DNA of 64,000 nucleotides from assembly GCA_035221665.1 (NCBI GenBank), contig CM069147.1:1550001-1614000 (forward strand). The letters are read 5' to 3'. The notes beneath the pieces are model-generated. The model was not told the DNA's origin, searched no databases, and was given only the letters and a program-made list of their open reading frames with translations. Both the position numbers and the translations under genes were made by a program. Source of the stretch: Okamejei kenojei. Taxonomy: Eukaryota. Shown in pieces: positions 1 to 10,729 of this stretch. Positions within the stretch are counted from its first letter, which is position 1. Every line of letters begins with the position of its first letter.

Positions 1-156
1 ACAGTGCTGTTTACAAGATGTTCTGCGACGTGGCCACTTTATGTCATGTTCATTGACATTACAAATACTTTTAATCACTATTATAAAGACTGTTTATCTA
101 CACAATAAATATTCAGCCAAGGACCCAGGAAACTACAGGCATGGAGTAGACTGTAC

Positions 157-400
157 AGGGCCTGTCCCACTTGGCCGGCCTTTGCGTGTCACACAGATGG
201 CGCGCAAAGATTTTGTACACACCAAAATCCTGGGGAGCCGCACAGGATCGCGCGTTACTGCCTATGTCACCACGCAACATGCGCGCGTAATGCACACCAT
301 GCGTGCGTCACGTGCATGTCATGGCGCGCGGCGTGCGTCTTGATGCGTAAATGATGTTGCATAAATGACACGCAAATGACACCCAAGTGGGACAGGCCCT
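157..400. mobile_element. Non-autonomous DNA transposon (MITE), probably PIF/Harbinger-like
   Basis: Perfect 18-bp terminal inverted repeats AGGGCCTGTCCCACTTGG (157-174) and CCAAGTGGGACAGGCCCT (383-400) around a CpG-rich non-coding core. The right flank is TTA; the left flank does not give a clean TSD. The same terminus recurs at ~62952-62966. Confidence 0.75.
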
Positions 401-670
401 TTACTCCAGCACTCTGTGAAACGTCACCTATCCATGTTCCCCACAGATGCTGCCTGACCCGCTGAGTTACTCCAGCACTCTGTGAAACGTCACCTATCCA
501 TGTTCCCCACAGATGCTGCCTGACCCGCTGAGTTACTCCAGCACTCTGTGAAACGTCACCTATCCATGTTCTCCACAGATGCTGCCTGACCCGCTGAGTT
601 ACTCCAGCACTCTGTGTCTATCTTCTGTGTTTCTTCATCTGCATTCACTCATCTGCAGCTCCTTGTATAC
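401..670 (+). repeat. 66-bp tandem array derived from the PLE terminal repeat (about 3.3 units plus element tail)
   Basis: Unit TTACTCCAGCACTCTGTGAAACGTCACCTATCCATGTTCYCCACAGATGCTGCCTGACCCGCTGAG starts at 401, 467, 533 and 599. It matches the sequence downstream of the PLE ORF at 7274-7350. Confidence 0.9.
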
Positions 671-1366
671 ACGACAGTGTCTTTCTTGAATTATTGTTCT
701 TGTTCTCTCCCCTTCCCTCGCACTCTACCCCTGTCTGCCTTCATGTAGGAGCTGGAGAAAAATAATCATCTGACATCTCCATCTCTCGCTCACTTCACCC
801 GTCACCTTTAGAATTGTGAATGTCGCTTCCATTTGCTTCTACTCCTGACTTGCTGTGAACTAATGTGATTACCGGGGAACACGATGGAACCACAGCCACA
901 CGGTACACTCATTGGCTTCAATATAAAAATTGAAAAGGAGGATTACAATCAAAACTAAAAGCACCCGACGGACAAAAAGGAAATTTTAATGAATTAAAAA
1001 GAAATCGATTCCCAAAACAAGTGGAAAGGACAACCAATGTGGACGTTTCAAACAAGAAATGATAAAGCATAAATAAAACACATTTCTGGAAGAGGGGACT
1101 CATCAAGAGTTGAAGTTCTTTGATAAATAGAGATATCAAATTTAATACAAGTGATCTTCACAAGGTGGCAAATGATGAGCGTCGGGGCAGCGCGAGGGGG
1201 GAAGATCAAGACGAGAAGCAGACTGCTAAAGGGGAAGGACTCGTCATTAAACAGAATCATGAATATGGAGCAAAATACAAAGGGACCTCGCAGCACAGAA
1301 CGTGGGAAAACTGATTGCAGGAGGAAAGAACTTTTGTGGAGGATGAAGTCATGATGGAAAAGCCAC

Positions 1367-1849
1367 ATCTACTCGTATTTTCAGATGTGAGCACTCACGC
1401 TGTTGTGTGGCCTTAACTTTCCAGATGCTTATTCACTTTTAACAATATAACGGCATTCACCGTGATCATCTCACTGTTTGGAAAAGCCACGTTAATATTA
1501 CGTTTTTCCCACAAGGGACTTTGATCGGAAGGACGGGAATGTTGCAGCAGGGAAGGGAAAGGTGGCATCCGTACACTGGTCACGTTGCTGGGATTCAGTT
1601 GTGGAAGACATTCCACACTTTAATTCCAGGCATTCAGGAATTCCGAAGGAAACCAGGCAGGCTGGAACATTTTCCATTGGGGTATATCGGACAATTGGAT
1701 CGGACAATTTGGGATGTAATTCCATCCTGAACAATGAAGAACTCAGTCAAACAGTGGTAATAATCACACTGCCTTTAATTCTTAAAAGGGAACATGGATC
1801 TGGGTAGCTAATGCTAAACGTGTATTCACATCTGAAAATACGAGTAGAT
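1367..1849. mobile_element. Putative TIR element (Tc1/mariner-like MITE relic)
   Basis: Perfect 24-bp inverted repeat ATCTACTCGTATTTTCAGATGTGA (1367-1390) / TCACATCTGAAAATACGAGTAGAT (1826-1849). It can be read as TA + CTCGTATTTTC... termini; there is no internal ORF. Confidence 0.55.
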
Positions 1850-2189
1850 TGATTGGACTGAGCGAGAATTAACAAAGAAAATACCATCAATGCTAGGTAC
1901 GGATTTTCAAAAGATAATGTGATTGGATCTGTAGGAAAATGAATGTTGGAAAAATTAAAGTGCTCAGTTTCCTTGGAAAAGTTACGGTGTGGGTAGAACA
2001 TTAGTTAAAGGACAGTAAACTGGAATAAAACGCAGATAGTAGATGCATTGGTTGTATAAAATGGTGTCCCGCGATGGACAGCATCTGAACACATAGTTTA
2101 TTTCGCTTTATGAATGAAGGCATGTAAAAGTGATTTGGACAAGTGTATAGGAACAGTATGGAGAGGTATGTGATATGGGGCAAATCAAA

Positions 2190-2500
2190 TAGAGGGGGCT
2201 CGCCCCAGAGGGTGGTCAATCTGTGACATGCTTTGGCCACAGACCGCGGTGGAGGTCAAGTCATTGGGTATTTTTAAAGTGGAGATTGATAAGTTCTTGA
2301 TTAGTGAGGACAACAAAGGTTATGGGGAGAAGGCAGGGGAATGGGTTTGAGAGGGGAAGATAGATCAGCCCTGATCAAATGGCGGAGCAGACTCGATGGG
2401 CCGAATGGCCTAACTCTGCTCCTATGTCTCATGGGGCATGTTGATCGGCATGGAGGCGAGGGGCTGAAGGGCCTGTTCCCGTCTGTATGACTCTCTGACT
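2190..2500 (+). mobile_element. CR1/HER1-type LINE 3' end fragments
   Basis: CAGAGGGTGGTCAATCTGTG...TTTAAAGTGGAGATTGATA...GGGGAGAAGGCAGG...GATGGGCCGAATGGCCT tail, shared with many copies in the window. Confidence 0.85.
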
Positions 2501-2539
2501 GTGATCCTGTGATTCACTTTGCCTGCAAGGAGCAGCGGA

Positions 2540-2870
2540 GAAACTTGTGAGAGTTGCCACAGAGTTTACAGGGAATCTGACAGAGGCATTCAAAATGACT
2601 ACTTATTTCTGGAAGATTAATGGGGGAAAAACTATTTTCACTGACCAATGAGTTGCTAAGTACAGAGCATAAATTCCAAATCATTGCAAAAGACTGAAAG
2701 AAGAGAGGAGGAATATGTCCTTTGATGCCAAGGATTGGTGGCGCATGGAATGCCCTCCCAGAAACACCACTGACAGCAGAATCTATTACAGCTTCTAAAA
2801 GGGAGCGGATAAATATCTGAAAAAAAGTGAAAGGTGGATGAACTGCGGATATTCTTCTAAACGCTGGCCA
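2540..2870 (+). mobile_element. Old, diverged CR1 LINE 3' fragment
   Basis: Degenerate match to the CR1 ORF2 C-terminal region (GCATGGAATGCCCTCCCAGAA...TTCTAAAAGGGAGCGGATAAATAT). Confidence 0.55.
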
Positions 2871-2875
2871 CAACA

Positions 2876-3327
2876 CTGTATGGAGTTTGCACGTTCACCC
2901 ATTAACCTGCGTGGGTTTTCTCCAAGATCAGTGGATATGTTTAAGGCAGAGGTAGATACGATTCTTGATTTGTACGGGTGTCAGAGGTTATGGGGAGGAG
3001 GCAGGAGAATGGGGTTAGGAGGGAGACATAGATCAGCCATGATTGAATGGCAGAGTAGACTTGATGGGCTGAATGGCTCCTATAACATGAACATAAACTT
3101 ATGAAGAAGGGTCTCAACCTGAATTCTACTCCTATCACTTATGACCTTATCTTCGGTTTCTTCCCACACTCCAAAGACGTACAGGATTGTAGGTTAATTG
3201 GCTTGGTGTAATGCAAAATTGTCCCCAGTGTGTGTAGGGTAGTGTTAGTGTGCGGGGATCGCTGGTCGGTGCGGACACGGTGGGCCAAGGGTCCAGTTCC
3301 CACGCTGTATCTCTAACCTAAACTAAA
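2876..3327 (+). mobile_element. SINE interrupted by a CR1 3' fragment
   Basis: The SINE core (GGAGTTTGCACGTT...TTTTCTCCAAGATC) breaks at ~2928, a CR1 tail occupies ~2929-3148, and the SINE resumes with CTTCGGTTTC...CTAAACTAAA at 3150-3327. Confidence 0.8.
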
Positions 3328-3574
3328 CACTGGTGGGCCCGATGGCATAATTTGCAACATGCATAGAATGTATAAAAATAGTTGCCATTTTAAATATTAC
3401 CTTTCTACAATAACCTTTTACTTTAATCAACCATAGAAGCATAGAGTGATACAGAGTGGAAACGTTGCCCATTTCCTTCGCTCCATAGATGCTGCCTCAC
3501 CCACTGAGTTTCTCCAGCACTTTTGTCTACCTTCGATTTTCCAGCGTTTGCAGTTTCTTCTGAAACATTGTTGG

Positions 3575-3790
3575 CGGTGTGGGCAAGTTGGGCCGAAGGG
3601 CCTGTTTCCACACTGTATCACTCTATGACTAGTGTAGCTGGGACATGCTGGCCGGTGTGGGCAAGTTAGGCCAAAGGGCCTGTTTCCACACTGCATCACT
3701 CTATGACTAGTGTAGCTGGGACATGCTGGCCGGTGTGGGCAAGTTAGGCCAAAGGGCCTGTTTCCACACTGTATCACTCTACGATTCTAT
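3575..3790 (+). repeat. 78-bp tandem repeat (about 2.7 units) of a CR1 3' UTR tail
   Basis: Unit GTGTAGCTGGGACATGCTGGCCGGTGTGGGCAAGTTAGGCCAAAGGGCCTGTTTCCACACTGYATCACTCTATGACTA; a 26-aa periodicity is visible in ORF 3427..3777. Confidence 0.85.
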
Positions 3791-3799
3791 GGTTGATAG

Positions 3800-4410
3800 A
3801 ACAATGTCCCAGCTACTCTAGCCCACTTGCCTGCGTTTGGTCCATATCCCTCCAAACCGGTCCTATCCATGTATCTGTCTAACTGTTTCTTAAATGATGG
3901 GATTAGTCCCAGCCTCAACTGCCTCCTCTGGCAGCATTTTCCATACACCCACCACCCTCTGTGTGAATAAGTTACCCCTCAGATTCCTATTAAATCTTTT
4001 CCCCTTCACCTTGAACTTATGTCTTCTGGTCCTCGATTCCCCTACTCTGGCAAGATGCAAGGAGAATGCATCTACCCGATCTATTCCTCTCATAATTTTG
4101 TCTACCTTTATAAGATCCCCCCTCATCCTCCTGCGCTCCATGGAATAGAGACCCAGCCAACTCACCCACTCCCTATAGCTCTAGTCCTGGCAACATCCTC
4201 GTAAATCTTTTCTGAACCCTTTCCAGCTTGACAACATCTTTCCTATAACACGGCGCCCAGAACTGAACACAATATTCTAAATGCGGCCTCACCAACATCT
4301 TATACAACTGCAACATCACCTCCCAACCTCTATACTCAATGCTCTGACTGATGAAGGCCAAAGTGCCAAAAGCCTTTTTGACCGCCTTTATCTACCTGCG
4401 AGTCGACCTA
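3800..4410 (-). mobile_element. CR1 LINE ORF2 C-terminal fragment (decayed)
   Basis: ORFs 4173..4361 (LYKMLVRPHLEYCVQFWAP...LERVQKRFTRMLPGL) and 3890..4165 (LYSMERRRMRGDLI) are typical of the CR1 RT C-terminus. Confidence 0.93.
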
Positions 4411-4887
4411 TATGTTTTTATCCTTTGTGAAATAATTCAATTTTATGCTACATTACCAATTAAAGGAATAATTTCCTGTGGTACGTAACATTGTCATAGT
4501 CACAAGGCATCCCAACGTAAGGATCATGTTGGCAAGGAATCGAGCGAGTCAGTCTGTTGTTTAATGAGAGCCCACTGACAATGAGGGAGCATCAGATGAC
4601 ACTGGTTGTTCAGAACTATTGGACGTATGCAGGTCACGGAGGGCCGGTTATGCTGCAGGATTCTATTGGCCAAATTGCTGTAGAATTATGTCCTCTGCTC
4701 CAGATTCTGCCACCGTTTCTTTCACTTTCAAAAGAATAAGCACGACAGCCGCTATTTAAATTATCACCCAAAATATGATAATTCCAGAAGATGCAAACCT
4801 CCTCCGATGGACTCTCCGTCACTCTCATTGCTGCCGCCTTTGTCCCTCTGCATTTCACCTTTCGTCCTCAGTGTGCTTGGTGTTGGG

Positions 4888-5355
4888 TTCATAAGGTCAT
4901 AAGTGATAGGAGTCGAATTAGGCCATTCAGCCCATCAAGTCTACGCCACCATTCAATCATGGATGATCTATCTCTCCCTCCTAACCCCATTCTCCTGCCT
5001 TCTCCCTATAACCCCAGACACCTGCACTAATCTCAAATCTATCTGTCTCTGTCTTAAAAATATCCACTGACTTGACCTCCACAGCCTTCTGTGGCAAATA
5101 ATTCCACAGATTCACCGCCCTCTGACTAAATAAATCTCTCCTCATCTCCTTTCCAAAAGAACATCCTTTAAATCTGAGGCTATGACCGCTAGTTCTAGAC
5201 TCTCCCACTAGTAGAAACATCCTCTCCATATCCACATCCAGGCCTTTCACTATTCTGAACGTTTCAATGATGTTCCCCCACATTCTTCTAAACTCCAGCG
5301 AGTACAGGCCCAGAGCCGACAATCGCTCAACATAGGTTAATCTACTCATTCCTGC
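4888..5355 (-). mobile_element. CR1 LINE 3' end
   Basis: ORF 4981..5349 (LGLYSLEFRRM...FSQRAVNLWN) followed by the 3' UTR ending CTTATGACCTTATGA. Confidence 0.92.
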
Positions 5356-5454
5356 GTGGTTCTTGGTTGATAGCCCTGTGTTGTGTAGGCTGAGGTTATT
5401 ACATCACCTCTCATTCTCTGCCCTTCCCAATGTTTTGTTTCGCTGCAACCTCTT

Positions 5455-5560
5455 TGTGCTATAAAGTTAATGGTGACAATGACCATATTGTGGTCACTGC
5501 TTGGGAGGTATTCTCTGACTCTGAGCTGCCCTGCCACCTCCTGGTAGTTAGTTATTATCA
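5455..5560 (-). mobile_element. Ancient CR1 endonuclease-domain relic
   Basis: Translation VREYLPSSDHNMVIVTI contains the SDH motif that ends APE-type endonucleases. Confidence 0.45.
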
Positions 5561-5734
5561 TAACCATTGGTATTGTGGATCATGCCCCTTTCATGACCCA
5601 TGGCTTCAGATAACAATTCCATTTTGTACGCAGGATCATATCCCCATTCCAATTTCACCCCGAATAGATTCCCGATCTATCACAAATAAAGTACAGTGAC
5701 CAATGGCAATGAGATCCTTTACACCTCCATATAA

Positions 5735-6048
5735 TTTAGTTTAGTTTGTACAGCGAGGAAACAGGCCCTTCGGCCCACCGAGTCCGTGCCGACCAGCGCG
5801 ATCCCGCACACTAACACAACCCTACACACTAGGGTCAATTTACATTTACACCAAGTATACAAACCCAAGCCAATTAATCTACAAACCTGTAGTCGTCTTT
5901 CGAGTGTGGGAGGAAACCGAAGATCTCGGAGAAAACCCACGTGGTCACGGGGAGAAGGTAGAAACTCCGTACAGACAGCACCTGTAGTCGGGATCGAACC
6001 CGGGTCTCTGGCGCTGAAAGCGCTGTAAGGCAGCAACTACACCGCTGC
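5735..6048 (-). mobile_element. tRNA-derived SINE (HE1/V-SINE type), near full length
   Basis: On the minus strand: tRNA-like head with B box GGTTCGATCC, a central core, a CR1-like tail GGGCCGAAGGGCCTGTTTCC and a (CTAAA)n end. Confidence 0.9.
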
Positions 6049-6331
6049 CCTAGCATGCTGCCCCATTTCCTCCTTATCACAGGGCCCTCTGGTTGCTCCT
6101 TGTAGAATTCCACCCAAGACTCCAGCATCTGCAGTTCCTTCATGCAGATCCAGATGTAATAAAATGGAGGTATAATGGGACTGGATCTCTCTGGTAAGTG
6201 TGAGGTGATGGAGCCAAGGAATGGAATAATATTAAAGTGTTAGTGAGGGGTCTCATTTTAACAAGAAAGAACCAGAGGGCTCTCTGGCCTTTCCTGGAGG
6301 TGTGAAGGGAGAATCAGAAGTAAACGCAGAG

Positions 6332-6480
6332 GGTGGCTCAGCAGCGCCAGAGGCCCGGGTTTGTTCCCGACCTCGGGTGCTGCCTGTGTGTGGAGTTTGC
6401 ACGTTCTCCCTGGGACCACGTGGGTTTCTTCTGGGTGCTCCGGTTCCCCCTACATTCCAGGACATGCTAGACTGTAGGAC
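6332..6480 (+). mobile_element. Diverged SINE 5' half
   Basis: GGTGGCTCAG...CCCGGGTTTGTTCCCGAC...GGAGTTTGCACGTTCTCCC core. Confidence 0.75.
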
Positions 6481-7273
6481 GTGTACAGACATTCACACAG
6501 GAACCCCTACGCATATGTACGTTAGCGTAGTAAACCACAGGATATTTACTGGCACAAGTCCAATGATAAATGGTGCAGTATAGCAGGATTTATTTCATGA
6601 ATGAGAACCTCAATGTGTGTGAATTAAGAGGCTTTCATGCTTGAAAAATAAACCTAATAGTTTACTACTACCTATGCACACCTCTAGATTTATTCAACAG
6701 GCAGCTTGATAAATCCCATCAGATAAGAAGCTGATGTCCCAGCCAAATGTGATACAAAACTTATCACATGCGGTGACAGCATTGTGTTGGGAGTGACTTC
6801 ACCTTCTTCGATTACTGCTGTAAATCTGCATGCCTCCAGTGCCTCACAGCCACAGCACCAGATTTATCACCCGCTCCGTACAACTAAATTGGCAAAAGTG
6901 TTGTTTCTTTCCGCACGGCAGCCGCTAGTAAACTCTGCAAATTTGGGGTTCTATTTTCACTTGGTGTAACGACGCACTTTGATGTACCCAGCTCACGCTG
7001 TAGTTTCAGGTTTATCCTCATTCATGCACGCACGCACATCAGGCTCACGCTTACATCCAATCCACCCATAAGTTAAGATCATGCAAAGTATTAAAAGTAA
7101 ACACGACTTAAACTCGACCTCCAGCAATTAATTATTCCCCAAGAAAACTAGTTTTCGCAGAGTGGATTGAGGGAAGCCATGGATAGGCTGTGAGCAGAAA
7201 TGTTTGTATGCATTTAGTTGTAGGATGGATAGACTCCTGTTTATGTCAAGGCAAACGAGGGCTGTTTTAAACC

Positions 7274-7815
7274 GCAGATAGACACAAAATGCTGGAGTAA
7301 CTCAGCAGGTCAGGCAGCATCTCTGGAGAGAAGGAACGGGTGACGTTTCGGGTCGAGACCCTTCTTCAGACTGATGTCAGGGGAGTGGGAGACACAGAGA
7401 TAAGGAAGTGTAAGGTGTAAAAACAGGACTGTGGAGAATGGAGATCAAGGAAAATGTAGCTTCGATCAGTGTTAGTTTGGAGAAGGCAACAACAAAGCAA
7501 TCAGAGATAAAATGTAGTCTGAGACAGTCAGACTGGTGGGAGAACTGGGAAGGGGAGGGATGGAGAGAGAGGGAAAGCAAGGGTTACTTGAAGTTAGAGA
7601 AGTCAATGTTCATACCGCTGGGGTGTAAACTATCCAAGCAAAATATGAGGTACTGTTCCTCCAATTTGCACTGGGCCTCACTCTGGCAATGGAGGAGGCG
7701 TGGGACGGAGAGGTCAGATTGGGAATGGGAGGGGGAGTTAAAGTGCTGAGCCACCGGGAGATCAGGTAGGTTTAGGCGGGCTGAGCGGAGGTGTTCAGCG
7801 AAACAATCGCCGAGC
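7274..7815 (-). mobile_element. Penelope-like element 3' end (GIY-YIG endonuclease C-terminus plus terminal repeat)
   Basis: The end of ORF 7584..8087 (LGDCFAEHLRSARLNLPDLPVAQHFNSPSHS...KLEEQYLIFCLDSLHPSGMNIDF) is the characteristic PLE endonuclease C-terminus. It is followed by a ~310-nt non-coding terminus. Confidence 0.9.
7338..7372 (-). ncRNA. Minimal type I hammerhead ribozyme motif in the PLE terminal repeat
   Basis: The minus strand reads agu-CUGAAGA-A-GGGU(CUCG)ACCC-GAAA-C-GUC-accc: both core boxes intact, 4-bp stem II, palindromic ACGU in place of helix III, and a GUC cleavage triplet. Activity is not demonstrated. Confidence 0.75.
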
Positions 7816-8349
7816 ACGGGCTTTTTTAAAGTGGACCTTTGTCTGCCTTGACAACCTCCCACTGCTTTGATGCCGTTCCTGATTACACTTGCAGGGAATG
7901 CCAATAAATGGTTAATTAGTGGTACAGTACACAGGAGAGTCTCTGACTGGGGTTGTACACAGAGTGAGGGCAGAGAGGAACTTGCTTTTCTTCTCCAAAA
8001 TGCGAGTACATCTGTTACTAGCAGGTCGAAGTAGGAGCAGGTCACCAGAACTGAAAACAAATTGTACAGTCTCAATGATTTCCTCATGAGACAAGCATGG
8101 ACTGAGAGAACATGTGAATTTAATATATTATTCTTGATTAAAGGGTTTCATGTCTGAATAGAGGTGAAAATAAGTTCACTAGGTATAATAGGGATTTATG
8201 TAGTGGCTCCTGCACTTCTGATGTCACCCATTAAACTCAACATTTAAAAACATTGAATCATTCACTTCAAAAATATATCAAACGAAATTCAAAAATTAAT
8301 CTAGATTTTGAACGAAGAGATTGGAAAGGTTTTATTTAAAATGTATTGA

Positions 8350-8455
8350 TTTTGCCCAATGGGTCAGAGAGTGTGTGCAGTAAGTAGGTCCGTCATAAAG
8401 CACAGAAAGACCATGTGTAATTCCCAGTCCGTGCTGAGTTAGCTGATCTTAACTC
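8350..8455 (+). mobile_element. Ancient SINE relic (AmnSINE2-like head)
   Basis: CCCAGTCCGTGCTGAGTTAGCTGATCT (8423-8449) resembles the post-B-box segment of AmnSINE2 as I recall it; it needs a Dfam check. Confidence 0.4.
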
Positions 8456-8611
8456 ATCTTAGCCTTTAGTCTCCCAGTTCACTGACCTCCTGTCATGCCT
8501 TTAGCTTAACCTCCACATCAACTCTCGTGCCCCACATCCACAGTCACCCCTCTGACCTTCGCAACTTCAATTCCTACATCTCAATTACAGACAAGACAAT
8601 CTCTGACTTCT

Positions 8612-8747
8612 TGTGTGGAAAGGAACTGCAGATGCTGGTTTATACCGAAGGTAGACACAAAGTGCTTGAGTAGCTCAGCGGGTCAGGCAGCAGCGTCTCT
8701 GGAGAAAAGGAAAAGGTGACGTTTCGGCTTGGTACCCTTCTTCAGAA
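8612..8747 (-). mobile_element. Short non-coding PLE-terminus element with decayed hammerhead stem II
   Basis: GGAACTGCAGATGCTGG...AGACACAAAGTGCT...GGTGACGTTTCGG...CCCTTCTTCAG. Confidence 0.85.
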
Positions 8748-8784
8748 GGAGGATCTGTGTTTATTTTCCTGCTTCTCTGCTGGA

Positions 8785-8995
8785 TTCCCTATTTGTTCCC
8801 ATTCCCTATTTGTTCCCATTCCCTATCCATATCCCTATCCAAAGCCCTATCCCTTCACCTATCCCATTCCCATTCTCTATCCATATCCTTATCCCCATCT
8901 GTATACTTATATCTATCCCACTCCCACTCCCAATCCATATCCCTGTCCCCATCCGTATGCCTATACCTATCCCATTCCATATCCTTTCCCATTCC
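8785..8995. repeat. Degenerate hexamer simple repeat (CCCATT/CCCTAT)n
   Basis: Visible 6-bp periodicity, which produces spurious PYPYP and SLSLS ORFs. Confidence 0.85.
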
Positions 8996-9120
8996 AGGTA
9001 CTTTGTGCATCAGGCTTGGAATATATTCTGCAGCAACTCAGTGACACTGCACATTTGAACATCCAGTGGTTCAGTTTCTGGCCCCGCTCACACTTGAGTT
9101 AATGATCTCGTCAATTACAT

Positions 9121-9360
9121 TGTGTAGGAAGGAACGGCGGATGTCGGGTTCACACCAAAGGCAGGCAAAGAGTGCTGGAGTAACTCAGTGGGACCGGCAG
9201 CAACTGTGGAGAACATGGATAGGTGACGTTTCACAGAGTGCTGGAGTAACTCAGCGGGTCAGGCAGCATCTGTGGAGAATGTGGATAGGTGAAGGATGCC
9301 AACCCAAAAGGTGGATAGGTGGATAGAAGAAGGATGCCAACCCAAAATGTCACTAGTCCA
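9121..9360 (-). repeat. PLE-terminus element with two 66-bp units
   Basis: GAGTGCTGGAGTAACTCAG...GGATAGGTGA at ~9170 and ~9236. Confidence 0.8.
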
Positions 9361-9786
9361 GTTACATCACCTCTGCCTTGAATTGTCCTGGCCACCACAG
9401 CCTTCTGTGGCAAGGAATCTCACAAATTCACACTATCTGACTAAAGTAATTCCTCCTCATCTCCTTTCCAAAGGAACATCCTTTTATGCTAAGGCTATGG
9501 CCTCCAGTCCCACTATGGTAGTTTTACCTCTAAGTTACTCCAGCACTTTATATCTTTTTTGGTAAACCAGCCTTTGCAATTTCTTGTATCCACGTCTGAC
9601 CTCTAATTAACCTTCACTGGATAATTAAGAGTTAAATAAAATGGATCCTATTGAATCAATCATCTGTAATTACGAATTATGCTTTCTTGTAATTGCAAAT
9701 ACTTTTTACCTTAAGTAACCTTTAATTTGACCATTTTGTTTGTTAATCATTCGGTGTAATTATAACCAGCACCATACTTTGGAATA

Positions 9787-10200
9787 GGCATCACGGTGGC
9801 GCAGGGGTCGAGCTGCTGCCTCACAGCGCCACAGACACGGGTTCCTTCCCGACTACGGGCTGTCAGTACGGAGTTTGCACGTTCTCCCCGTGACCTGCGT
9901 GGGTTTTCTCCGGGTGCTTCAATTTCTTCCCACACTCCAAAGACGTGCGGGTTTGTAGGTTAATTGGCTTCGGTAAAAATTGTAATGGGGATCGCTAGTT
10001 GGAGCGGGCTTGGTGGGCCAAAGGTACGTCTAGTGTGTGTGTGGTCGCTGGTTGGCATGGGCTGGAGGGCCTGTTTCCGCGCTGTTTCTCTAACGCCTAA
10101 AGTCTAGTGTGTGGATGATCGCTGGTCGGCACAGACTCGGTGGGCTGAAGGGCCTGTTTCCACGCTCTATCGCTAAACTAAACTGTATTAAACCAAACTA
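9787..10200 (+). mobile_element. tRNA-derived SINE with tandemly repeated 3' tail
   Basis: Head ACGGTGGCGCAG and core, then three versions of the GATCGCTGGTCGG...GGGCC tail segment ending (CTAAA)n. Confidence 0.88.
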
Positions 10201-10729
10201 GGATAATCCCCGGATCAAGGGCTTGCACAGGTTGGATGCCAAAGTGTTGCACCCACCTTATACCTGGTGTTCCCTGATCCCATTTACTCTGCCGATAATT
10301 TTTATCCCGTGTTGGTTTAACTATATATGTTAGAGTTTAATTTTGCAGCTCGTACAGGAGACAGTGATGTATGGGTTACATCAAGCTTTGCTGAAATGAT
10401 ACGATCCCCAGGGAGCTGGGAGCTGGGTAGTGTCTCGCTGAGCAGAAGGGTGGGGAGAGGAGGTGGTAGTTTGCTCTCTGAACCTGGCCATCCTGCCCAA
10501 CACCTGCTTCACCAACACTTATTGATTTTGTTTTTATAGTTTTAAATCTTGTTCAAATGATCTCAGACAGTGACCTTCACCAGGTGAAACTCAACTATTT
10601 CACGAGAAGAAAAGGGATGATAAAAAAGACAAAGGACGCAAAATTGAACATTAATAAAATCCAAACATGTAGCATCAGGTGCCATGTTTACAGCCCAGTA
10701 GCCTCTTCTGCACCAGCAGAATAAAGAGC

